Shown piece after piece: positions 27,382 through 40,053 of a stretch of DNA of 64,000 nt. The stretch's first letter is position 1; each line of letters starts with the position of its first letter. The stretch comes from Octopus sinensis (lineage: Eukaryota). The DNA lies in assembly GCF_006345805.1 (NCBI RefSeq), contig NC_043002.1:17050001-17114000 (forward strand), read 5' to 3'. The notes under the pieces were generated by a model that was given only the letters and a program-made list of their open reading frames with translations, made no database searches and was not told where the DNA came from. The position numbers and the translations under genes were made by a program.

Positions 27382-29218
27382 GCACAACAGCTTCCACAAG
27401 GACATGTGTTACATCAAAAATTCTTGGTTGGGGATGCAAATCCTCTCATTCACGTACGACATAATGCGGCAGCAGCATAGAGTTGAAGCGTCCATCTCTT
27501 TCTTCTCTCAATGTAGAATGAGGAAAATTGGATGTTGAGGTAATGTAAATAAATAAATACATATATAGAGGTGAAGATGGAGGGGCGAGAGTTCGGGACG
27601 AGGGATAAAAAATGTATAAAAAGTGTAAGTATAGAATAATATAAAAATGTAGAGGATAAAGGGTTGTAAGTAGATGTAAAGGGGGTATAAAGAAATATAA
27701 AGTAAAAATAGAAATAGAAATAAAAGTAAAAAAACCTGATAAAAACATGATAAAAGTGTAAAAGAATGTAAAGATAAGGGATGTATAGAGGTAATGACCA
27801 AGCATGGTGGTCAGGAGATTGATAAAATTTAGTTGTAGAATTGCCAGTACATCAACAGTTTCGTCTGGGGACTTAATGCGTTGTAAATCAGAGCTGATGA
27901 GCATTTAATCTGGTTCCTTGAATTAAATGGACTTCTAGTACATACATATCAACATGGATATATACACCCACATACACGCGTACATATACGCCTCCAAGCC
28001 AATAAGCATACACACGCACTCGCGTGTAAACACGTACATAAACACACACGCACCCACACGCACGCGCGTACACACACATACATACAACAGAATATCCGCA
28101 TATATACACGGACATTACGCGCGTACACGCTCACATGTATATACGCGCGCCCATCACTACATACACACACGTATATGCCCACGCCTCTAGGTCCAGGTAT
28201 AAGATATTAAAGGATGTGTATAAGAACGTATGTAAAGAATCCCGTACTCATGTCAATACGCGCACGCACACACGGCTGTGTGTCCGTATGTGCGTGCACA
28301 TATACACTCATATACACACACAGAGACACACGCGCACATGGGTATAGCTATAAGATATCGAAGTATGCATGTACATACATGCGCGTGCATATGTATGCGT
28401 ATACACACGTACGCGGACGCTCGTATATTCAAAAGGTGGATCCATAGGTAAGTAAATAAACATATATAGAGGTGTAAAGCGATAAGTTAGGGGTAAGAAT
28501 GAGGGTAAGGGTAAAGATTAGAAATAAAAAATACAGTATAAAATAAGAAATACAATGTAATAGTTAGAAATGAAGTATAAGAATTATAAAAATTGAAAAT
28601 GAGAATAAATGGAAGTAGAATAAAAGTAAAAATAAAATTAAAAATAAAAATAAAAATAAATGGAAGTAGGATAAAAGTAAAAATAAAAGTAAAAATAAAA
28701 ATAAAATAAAATAAGATAAAAATATAATTTTGTAAAGTTTAACATGAGATGAAGGTGGTTGAAAGTTAGAGGTGTGTGTTAAACGTAGGGGCGGGCGGGG
28801 GGAACTGAAAATTGGAAGGGTGGGAAGTGGAGTTTGGCGGTGTGCGTTCAACATCTGAGTTAGAAATGTGAAAGGGTATAGATATAGGGGATTAAAGAGA
28901 CTACATAGGGAGGATATGGGTGTAGGAGAAGAAATATTTAGGGAAAAGAAGTCATATATGGGAGACAAAATTTGTATATATAGGGGGAAAATGCAGGGAA
29001 CCCTATATGCACGTACACACACCCACACACACACACCCACACGCACATGTACATATATATGTATATGTACACATACGTACACGTATGTGCACATACATAC
29101 GCACACACACACACATACACATATACACGCACATATAGGAAAGCGGGATGTGCTGGAGCCGACAGGTTGCACCGGGTGGGAGGAAATTGCATGGGGGAGT
29201 TGGTATAAGACCTAAGCA

Positions 29219-29738
29219 GGTGGTGTTGCAATACGAGGATACCAACGCCCCCACTCGTATTGCAACACCTCCGCCTGGGATTAGCAGCACACGACCGAGC
29301 AATGCAATGCAATGCAACTGCAGATGTGCATCAGAGTGCCCGCTGCAGGGCGCATGTAGGGCGACAAACGTAATATACTCATGTGAGGTGAGTACTCAGT
29401 TTAACACACTCACCTATATTGGTTGCTCAACCTCCTGGAAATCCAGATACTACAACCACCGGTCCTCGCTGAGACACAGACATAAGGCTAACAGCACCTC
29501 CCTCTCTAAAAGAATTTGGGAATTAAAAGACAAATGCATAGGCTTCAAACTCAGATGGTCCATCATCGGATCAGCTGCACCTTATTTAAATAATAGAGCA
29601 GGATGCCAACTATGCTGTGTAGAACTCCTTAACATCTTGAAATTCAAAGACAAACACAATCTTATTAACAAAAGGTCAGAGTTCAAACCATCCTGTATAC
29701 ATAAACTTATTAATACTTTCAAATACTACAATGCTTAG
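29219..29738 (+). CDS. C-terminal GIY-YIG endonuclease domain of a Penelope-like element (5'-truncated, RT missing)
   Basis: CNCRCASECPLQGAC...NVIYSC...YIGCSTSWKSRYYNH...STSLSKRIWELK...WSII...CQLCCVE...NKRSEFKPSCIH, open to TAG at 29736-29738. The ORF-track start at 29148 comes from the inverted arm. Confidence 0.85.
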
Positions 29739-31594
29739 GTCTTATACCAACTCCCCCATGCAATTTCCTCCCACCCGGTGCAACCTGTCGGCTCCAGCAC
29801 ATCCCGCTTTCCTATATGTGCGTGTATATGTGTATGTGTGTGTGTGTGCGTATGTATGTGCACATACGTGTACGTATGTGTACATATACATATATATGTA
29901 CATGTGCGTGTGTGTGTGTGTGGGTGTGTGTACGTGCATATAGGGTTCCCTGCATTTTCCCCCTATATATACAAATTTTGTCTCCCATATATGACTTCTT
30001 TTCCCTAAATATTTCTTCTCCTACACCCATATCCTCCCTATGTAGTCTCTTTAATCCCCTATATCTATACCCTTTCACATTTCTAACTCAGATGTTGAAC
30101 GCACACCGCCAAACTCCACTTCCCACCCTTCCAATTTTCAGTTCCCCCCGCCCGCCCCTACGTTTAACACACACCTCTAATTTTCAACCACCTTCATCTC
30201 ATGTTAAACTTACAAAATTATATTTTTATCTTATTTTATTTTTATTTTTATTTTTACTTTTATTTTTACTTTTATCCTACTTCCATTTATTTTTATTTTT
30301 ATTTTTAATTTTATTTTTACTTTTATTCTACTTCCATTATTCTCATTTTCATTTTCATCCCTTACCTTAACTCTTATAATTTTTATAATTCTTATACTTC
30401 ATTTCTAACTATTACATTGTATTTCTTATTTTATACTGTATTTTTTATTTCTAATCTTTACCCTTACCCTCATTCTTACCCCTAACTTATCGCTTTACAC
30501 CTCTATATATGTTTATTTACTTACCTATGGATCCACCTTTTGAATATACGAGCGTCCGCGTACGTGTGTATACGCATACATACATATGCACGCGCATATA
30601 TGTACATGCATACTTCGATATCTTATAGCTATACCCACGTGCGCGTGTGTCTCTGTGTGTGTATATGAGTGTATATGTGCACGCACATACGGACACACAG
30701 CCGTGTGTGCGTGCGCGTATTGACATGAGTACGGGATTCTTACATACGTTCTTATACACATCCTTTAATATCTTATACCTGGACCTAGAGGCGTGGGCAT
30801 ATACGTGTGTGTATGTAGTGATGGGCGCGCGTATATACATGTGAGCGTGTACGCGCGTAATGTCCGTGTATATATGCGGATATTCTGTTGTTTGTATGTG
30901 TGTGTACGCGCGTGCGTGTGGGTGCGTGTGTGTTTATGTACGTGTTTACACGCGAGTGCGTGTGTATGCTTATAGGCTTGGAGGCGTATATGTACGCGTG
31001 TATGTGGGTGTATATATCCATGATGATATGTATGTACTAGAAGTCCATTTAATTCAAGGAACCAGATTAAATGCTCATCAGCTCTGATTTACAACGCATT
31101 AAGTCCCCAGACGAAACTGTTGATGTACTGACAATTCTACAACTAAATTTCATCAATCTCCTGACCACCATGTTTGGTCCATAACCTCTATACATCCCTT
31201 ATCATTACATTCTTTTACACTTTTATCATGTTTTTATCAGGTTTTTTTACTTTTATTTCTATTTCTATTTTTACTTTATATTTCTTTATACCCCCTTTAC
31301 ATCTACTTACAACCCTTTATCCTCTACATTTTTATATTATTCTATACTTACACTTTTTATACATTTTTTATCCCTCGTCCCGAACTCTCGCCCCTCCATC
31401 TTCACCTCTATATATGTATTTATTTATTTACATTACCTCAACATCCAATTTTCCTCATTCTACATTGAGAGAAGAAAGAGATGGACGCTTCAACTCTATG
31501 CTGCTGCCGCATTATGTCGTACGTGAATGAGAGGATTTGCATCCCCAACCAAGAATTTTTGATGTAACACATGTCCTTGTGGAAGCTGTTGTGC

Positions 31595-31672
31595 GCGGCT
31601 GAAGAAGGCCACAGACATACATTATGCATTGTTATAAATCTGTCTAATAAAGGCCCGAAACATATGTACCGC
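31595..31672 (+). ncRNA. Minimal type I hammerhead ribozyme in the PLE pseudo-LTR
   Basis: gcgg-CTGAAGA-a-ggcc...ggcc-c-GAAA-c-atat-g-TA-ccgc. Stem I gcgg/ccgc, stem II ggcc/ggcc plus agaca/tgtct, palindromic loop III. Predicted cut after GUA at 31668. Confidence 0.8.
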
Positions 31673-32090
31673 TGAATCCTTCGCATCATGTTTTTATTTT
31701 ATTTTGATCAATTTACTCCACCACCTACACCACCAAACGGTATACACAGGTGCTTATAATTATCAAGTACTCACCCCGAATTTCTATACTCAACTCATAT
31801 ATATATATATATAGATATATACATATATATATATATATTTATATTATATTTATACATGTATACATGTTTATACCTATAGACTTGTATATAATTTGTCGTG
31901 TGCATATATATATATATATATTTTAGTATGTAGATTATAAACTAAGGTGTAGTCAACAAATACGTGGAATAAAACAAACGTTCGAATATAATATTCAACG
32001 CTCGACTACTCTAGATGTCTAAGTCGTTGGAGTAGTGACATAACATACGGGGTTTCTAAGGTAAATTAAATTTTCTGAAGAACAGACGAG

Positions 32091-32823
32091 ACGAGGGAGT
32101 ACCCAAAGGAAAAGTGAATTTTGCAATATCATTTTAAGCTGTTAGCTTTAGATTTTTACACTTTTATCGCCTTCAAAGTTGTCTCCATTATGAATAAAGA
32201 TCTGGATCAACTTCCAAATGTACTTTCAGTCCACGACACGCATTTAGTCGTGACTAATTCTTATCTTCCATGAGGCACAAATTTTGCTGCACTTCTTTTC
32301 ATTCACAATTCCTGGCTCTAAATTCGTTGGCTGGAGTTCCAGGACACACCATCATATCAACGAGTTCGTCAATCGTTCGGTGACGGTCCTCCAAGATCAG
32401 TTCATGAATTTCCTCAAGTTTTTCTATCATTCGAGTTGTTGACGCTCGCCCTGAATGAAGTTGGTTTCAAGCAAGGGGTGATCATTCCTCCAGCGTGAAA
32501 ATCTCTCATAAACTTCTGTTTTGCCAATGGCAGCATCCTTGTAAGCTTTTTGAAGTATGACAACTGTTTCGGCCGCTTTCTTCCAGGGCAAACAGAATTT
32601 CCCGGAAGCACGTTGTGTCTTCGTTTCAGCCATCGCGAAAATTGACGAACAAGAGAGACGCATTGCAAAACAAAAAGGCACCAGTATGAGCCCAGGGGAC
32701 AATACCTGCCGGCAGACTGATGGGTGGCCATCACATCAACGGGCTTCTAGCATCGGAAGACTGAATTTCAACGGGCTTAATCCACACAGAACGTTTCCGG
32801 TTACTTTTGGGTACCGACTCGTA
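32091..32823 (-). mobile_element. Internally deleted mariner transposon remnant
   Basis: Minus strand QRASGKFC...KAAETVVILQKAYKDAAIGKTEVYERFSR...IHELILEDRHRTIDELV...AAKFVP is a mariner N-terminal HTH region. Diverged TIRs acgagggagtacccaaag / cttttgggtaccgactcgta. Confidence 0.8.
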
Positions 32824-32838
32824 TATCTTCAGAGTTGC

Positions 32839-32890
<52 letters not shown>

Positions 32891-33225
32891 GGGAGAGGTA
32901 AATGAAAAATTCCCATCATTACAGAAACGATACTTAATTTACATCCCACATTATGATGTAATATGCATACATACGTGTATAGGTATAAAATATACTAGCA
33001 GGAAAATGGAATCACAAGGGTGATAATTTCTTGATTATATGAAATCAAGGAAATGTTTAGATTTATCATAAGTGAATTTGGAATCTATTGGTTTTAGATG
33101 GTTTTTTTTAAATAGGTAAGTTGCAGACGACAGAGTACACTAGCCTGAGCTGGAGTAGCAACTTTTTAATGTGTTCACATTTGAAGGTTAATATTTTCCA
33201 TCAATTTTCCCAAACATTCGGGCTT

Positions 33226-33326
<101 letters not shown>

Positions 33327-33361
33327 ATGTTAATTTGTCTATAAAGATTACGTTTTAAGTG

Positions 33362-33742
33362 GGCGTAGAGCTGGCAGAAACTTTAGCACGTCAGGCGAAA
33401 TGCTTAGCGGTATTTCGCCTGTCGTTAGGTTCTGAGTTCAAATTCCGCCGAGGTCGACTTTGCCTTTCATCCTTCCGGAGTCGATAAATTAAGTACCAGA
33501 TACGTACTGGGGTCGATGTAATCGACTTAAACCGTTTGTCTTTATTCTCTCTCTGTTTAGCCTCTTGTGGGTAGTAAATAAATAGGTATTTCGCCTGTCT
33601 TTACGTGCAGAGTTCAAATTCCGTCGAATTCGACTTTATCTTTCATTCTTTCGGGGTCGATAAATTATGTACCAGTTGCGTACTGGGGTAGATCTGACCC
33701 CCTGCCCCAAACTGTCGGGCCTTGTTCTTAGAGTAGAAAAAG
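33362..33742 (+). mobile_element. SINE (ggcggcgagctggcagaa family) with a second partial unit in tandem
   Basis: ggtatttcgcctgtc...gagttcaaattccg...gtaccag occurs twice. Confidence 0.85.
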
Positions 33743-35202
33743 GATATTTTTCCTAAATAGGGTCTACACAGATGCATGTGTACATGGTGTCTTACCTTAT
33801 AATTTACACATTGTTTAATGAAGGTAAAGTAAATGAGCTGATTTTAGTGAAAGAAGGCCTTTTAGTCAATTTTTCTCGAAGATATACTTTTAGTGGTAAG
33901 GATTTTCCAAATGTGAAGCTCTAAATATAGTGGATTTGAAGATCATCATGGGTATGGAATCAAATAACTTTATCTCTGTTGCATTTACCTCTGATTGCAT
34001 TTTCTGTACATGTCGAGAATTCATTTCGATCTTTGTTAAAAATGATTTTTAACAGTTATAGTAACGTGGATGTTAGTCAATCGCTCCTACAGAGATTTCA
34101 TGTTTGCGGCTAAATGTTATAAAAGCTATAGTTACAAAAGCTTGAGAGGAACGTAGTTAACTAATTTAATCTTACGTAAAACAAACTACATCTCAATCAT
34201 ATACACGTGCTTCAGAATTTCACCATCGTCTGCAAACTCTATTTTATATTATTTAAGAAATACATTATTTTTATGGTAAAATTTAGAATAATTTTACCTT
34301 TGGATAAATCTAAAATAATTGTTTCTATTTCAATTCGAAATTTTTATTGTTTACATTCCTTCTTTTTCTGTAATTTTCCACGTTTAATTAGTTTAATTAA
34401 TAATACTAAGGCGAATTGGTTATACAAGGAGTTTACTCCTTTGATATCCTGCGATTTCTTTTATTTTCAAAAATTAATAATTAAGCGAGAAAAAAATATA
34501 TATAAAAGGTAAAGACTTAGATTTTTATTTCTAAATGTGTTAGCATAGTGTAAAAGAGTAAAATTTTATAAATTGTCAATAAAATAACTTGTATAAAACG
34601 GCCAAGGAGGAAGCCGAAACAATGAAGAACGTCTTAAAGCAGCAGTACGTGAAGTTAATGACACCAGACTCTGTTTCAAGACTGGCGTCATTTAAATCTT
34701 ACGCAAAACAGATTTAATTACATTCACGTTATCAAAAAAATATATACATTAGAAAGCGTTTTCTCGTCATCACCATGTTGTTGGAAAGTTAACTTATAAA
34801 TGCCGCAAACATAGCGAATGATTCAGTTTCGCATGCGATCCTCACAATATTAAGGGTATTTTAGTTTCTTTGTTTTCCGTAAAAAAGTAAGACCTATAAA
34901 ATATACATGACGTAAAGGCAATTCACATTGGCTATAATAAGCAAGACAATTTATTTGGAATGTCATGTGTGAATGTCGGTGTGTGTGTTGTAGACTCCGA
35001 TGGAATTAAATTCCTAGTTGACCAAACTGATAATGTAACTCAAACCTAGTCGGAACTAACAGCATAAATACCCCAAGACTTGGGTTTGAACATGCAACGT
35101 CCCTGCAATATATAGAGAGAGATCAATGTCTTGTGGCTGTAAATATGACGTATCAAGCAATAGCTTTCGGTAGCGTTATGTATCTCTCCTTTATTGCACT
35201 GC

Positions 35203-35258
<56 letters not shown>

Positions 35259-35340
35259 GTCGAAACATGTGTTGTACGGGGACAAACACAGGCACACAAA
35301 CATATACACACATACATACAAATATACACACACACACATA

Positions 35341-35400
<60 letters not shown>

Positions 35401-35709
35401 CAGAAATAGGACAAGACGCAAAACGTCCAGACAGATGATACAAGGAAAACTAGGACGAATCATTTGGAGTTTTGTATCCTCAGTCGAGTTTCAGATTATC
35501 TTTCCAATTTCGGATGGTTATACTCGATATTGCTCCAATCTGGCCAGTCCCAAGGAAAGACTAACTAACGGTATTACATTTGATGGAAGAATGAACGAGT
35601 GTATACGAAAATAAGAACGAAAAAAAAAAACAAAAACAGAAATGTTACACAAATACAAATAACAAGACATAACACGGGTGTCTTTCGACTAAGCACAAAT
35701 TACATATAA

Positions 35710-35865
35710 ACGACGGACTTCTTTCAGATTCCGTCTACCAAATCCACTTACAAGCCTTCGGTTAGCCGATGCTATCGTAGAAGACACTGGCCGAAGGTGC
35801 CACTCAGTGAGACTGAACCCGGAACCATGTGGTTCATAAGCAAACTACTTGCCACACAACCGCGC

Positions 35866-35867
<2 letters not shown>
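35710..35867 (-). mobile_element. SINE 5' half (6413-6840 family)
   Basis: Homologous to 27043-27206. Confidence 0.75.
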
Positions 35868-35943
<76 letters not shown>

Positions 35944-37186
35944 ATCTATATATATATATATATATATATCCGCGTGCATGTGTGTATTAACCTGTGTCTA
36001 AAACTGTAGATCTCTATATTTTCCTAGGCGTTTGTGAATATATTCACCTATGTAGGACTACACTTGTTTGTAGTTACACACTGTTCTCTATTTCTCTATT
36101 TCTCTTTCATTATAAATTACTTATTTACGCGTCTGCTTCTGAATCTACTTCCTTTATTTGATTGATCACTACCTTTATATTCCTAACTTCCAAGTATACA
36201 TTTCTTCTGAGAGAAAAGATGTTACTAAGTAACCCATGGGAGAATGATTCTAGCTCTGTGGCAATTAGTAGCTTGGTTACTCTTTCCTTTATAATAGTGA
36301 CCGACATTTGCAAAAGTATGTATTATGCACTATAAATTTTCAAATCATAAATAATACATCTCATATATTCCATATTTGTACTATAATAACGAAACTAGTA
36401 CGTTGCTATAGAGAATGACCTAAAATGTGTCTTATGCTTGAGATAACATAGACTGCATCGTGATTCAGTGTGATGACAGCTTAAAATAAGTTAGTACCTA
36501 AATAAAAGTCATTGTCAGATGAAAACCGCCAGTCTTTTTCAAGACAGCGGGTTACAACTTTAAATCGCATCGACGTCCTAATAATTTGGCAGTCAATTAC
36601 TTATTACGTTTCTCCTATATTTGTTTCTTTCAAAGCAACACAGGATTTACAATACGCCCTTAGTATATTGCAGTAAATACGATGGATTCGTAAAGGGGCT
36701 ATGTGAAAGCTTATTTTTGGTCTAATAATTGACGTTTTAAGTATGCTTTAAGTGTTGTCTGTAAAATATAGGATCGAACATTGAAGAATATACATGAGAT
36801 ATTTCTATTTTTAAATTGAGAGTACAGTTGTGGTTTTCACAATTTCGCTGGCTACGTCATTATGGACATAGTAAGATTCTGTGTGAAACAGAATATGCAC
36901 GTTTTGAAAATTTGCCTTATTTGTTAAACCATATGTGAGATTGCATATACAGTTTTATTGAACGGACAACGAACACAGGAAAATAAGAGACAACTGCGCA
37001 GATTTTAGGTCTAAGAGAAAACTGAAAGTATATTTACGGGAGTAATGCCTGGTACGAATCGTTCAAATCTCTTCTCAACGTGCATGCTATTTCATCTAAA
37101 TATGTTATTGAACAAATCTCCAATACAGTTGTCACTACAACCATTCAGATTAAATTATAAATAGAGCAAAATCTCGATAGCATATT

Positions 37187-37573
37187 GTGGAAGCACTCCG
37201 TCGTTTACGACGATGAGGGTTCCGGTTGATCCGAATCAACGGAACAGCCTGCTCGTGAAATTAACGTGTAACTGGCTGAGCACTCCACAGACACGTGCAC
37301 CCTTAACGTAGTTCTCGGGGATATTCAGCGTGAAACAGAGAGTGACAAGGCCGGCCCTTTGAAATACAGGTACAACAGAAACAGGAAGTAAGAGTGAGAG
37401 AAAGTTGTGGTGAAAGAGTACAGCAGGGATCACCACCATCCCCTGCCGGAGCCTCGTGGAGCTTTTAGGTGTTTTAGCTCAATAAACACTCACAACGCCC
37501 GGTCTGGGAATCGAAACCGTGATCCTATGACCGCGAGTCCGCTGCCCTAACCACTGGGCCATTGCGCCTCCAC
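37187..37573 (-). mobile_element. Full-length tRNA-derived SINE with ~13-bp TSD
   Basis: Minus strand gtggaggcgcaatggcccagtggttagg...ggtttcgattccc. TSD tcg(a/g)tagcatatt at 37174-37186 and 37574-37586. Confidence 0.9.
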
Positions 37574-39703
37574 TCGGTAGCATATTATATGGTTTTGCAA
37601 CCTGGTAAGAATATGTGAAAGTTTCTTTTCACAGCACATTCGATTAAGCTTTAAAATGATTCACACTTTGAATGATATATTCTTGAATAAATCCAATAGA
37701 ATGCATCATAATATTTACAAGAACGTTTGGTTAGGTTGACTATGTCGTCGGAAAGAAGGAACAAAAACAATTACAACATCTTTCGTACCTAATGTTCCCT
37801 ACCTGATATCCGATAAATACAATATAAACTAAACAATATGCAATATGCAATATGAATACAATATAAACTCAACTAAGTATGAATTCTACAGATTTAAGCA
37901 AGTTCATCCAACTCTCTTAAGAACTTAAATTTTTGGACACTAAGTAGTCCGTCTTCATGTACAACTAGTACCTAGGGGTATACGAAAATAGCAGATTATA
38001 AAGAAAATTGTCGTAATATTTGTTGAGTGTACGCTGGTTATTGCGCACGATGGATGAAATAAAATCAGGATTGAAGTGTGCTATGTAAAGCAGATCATGT
38101 CCGCACCCTTAATTCTAATCGCTACACTGATAACTCATATCTCCTCGAAGGATACTCAAGAGGAAAATTATGATTATCGCACTTAACCTGAGCCAATAGA
38201 ATTACAACGAGAATGTAATCGAAGTGAGAGAAAAAACAAATAAATTTGATTAATTAGTCTCGGTTAGTAATATTATTGAAACGAATCTATGCATTATGAA
38301 ATACTTATTCTGTAAAATGTTTGCAGACGAAATTAGATACCTTTATATTATTCAATTTATCACGTAATAATTCAGAAAATACTTTCGCTGACATACATGT
38401 GTGCCACGTAATTTTTTATATGATACTCTTAAAATATAAAATAGATTGTTTTTATCAGTGTTCGACGTTTGCATGAAACTTTGATATATATTTTTAATTG
38501 TATGACACTGGGTAACAAACAATATAGAAATTGATATTATACTTCGCCATTCAGTTTCATTTCAGCTACAATACTGGAAAAAAGTTGATTAAATCTTAGC
38601 AAATAAATCGAAAAAAAGAAAACATATTTAAACAACATAATAGGTAGTCCACATGTCATTTTATGTCGGAAAGAAAATAAAGGAACAGCGCATGAATTAT
38701 GTATTATAAACGAAATTACATCTTCGAAAGAGATAAGAAAATAATAATTAGCCTTGTATATGATTAGCTTCTTTTCGAGAACAACCTAACTGTATACTGA
38801 GAAATACAATGTTATAAGTCATTTTTCTGACAGCCGGATATAATAGAGGAAATAATAGTGTTACTTTGTATTGAATCACGCTCAATGATTACAACAGATA
38901 GAATTACTGGCGTTACTTCGAATGATGCGCTTCTATCACACTTGCTACATTTGTGTTGTTGCGTTACACCGATTCAACCTCAAAGACTGTTCCGGTTTCA
39001 TCTAAGTAACGTTATATTCCCACCTCGTCGTTCGTAAATGGATCTTACATTTCATAAGATTATTCCATGCTATGAACACACCATGTCTGAAATTCTTGAA
39101 AATTTCCAATACACTATATACTTTTAAATGCTATGGAATGTATTCTGAAATAGCTTTCGATATTAGAGAAACAAATGCTCTTGTTTTCTTCCATTCCCAA
39201 CTTACAAATAAATAGCTTAACCATTCTGTGTCTTTAATAAACTGTTGCTGCGTCTCATAATATCTACTCCGAAACTTTTGCTTCAAATCCAGAGCCTCAA
39301 ACAGCGAAATGTATTTTCCAACAAGAAATTTAGCATGATCTATAATAGTAGATCATGAAATGAGTAACTTATGCGCAAGCATACATTACTTCAGCGTTAT
39401 ATCGTAACGAATGTTTCCTGTACGTTTCCGCTAACTACAATGCATTCTTTTACTTAACTGTGGCACTTCTTTGGTATCAAATTGTCTAAAATAATAACAG
39501 CACCATATATAACTGGTGACAAAATACAAAACACAGTTGGTAACCTTGCGTTTCATGGATAAGCTAAGCTGGAATACCTTCAATTAATTTATATTTTCAG
39601 TGCATGAATCTTAAAGTTCTTTATCGTTTTCATTTCATGCTTTACATTATTTTAGATTTTTGCAAAGTAAATTTTTATTTTCTCTCTTACACAACTAAAT
39701 AGA

Positions 39704-39781
<78 letters not shown>

Positions 39782-39975
39782 CACATATATATACGTATAC
39801 ATATATATATATACGTATATTTATATATATATATATACATATACATATACACATATATATACGTATACATATATATATATACGTATATAAATATATATAT
39901 ATATATTATATATATATATATATATATATGTATATACATATATGTGTGTGTGTATATATATATACACACACACAC

Positions 39976-40053
<78 letters not shown>

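Larger units (their letters stand above)
27263..31797 (+). mobile_element. 5'-truncated Penelope-like retroelement with an inverted ~1.96 kb pseudo-LTR
   Basis: Arms 27263-29218 and 29732-31713 are near-perfect reverse complements. The spacer encodes a GIY-YIG domain, each arm has a hammerhead, an ~85-nt unpaired tail follows, and both flanks are (TA)n. Confidence 0.9.

Noticed and set aside
37500-37573. tRNA gene
   Set aside because: It is the tRNA-like head of a multicopy SINE with a TSD, and no proper cloverleaf or terminator is evident.
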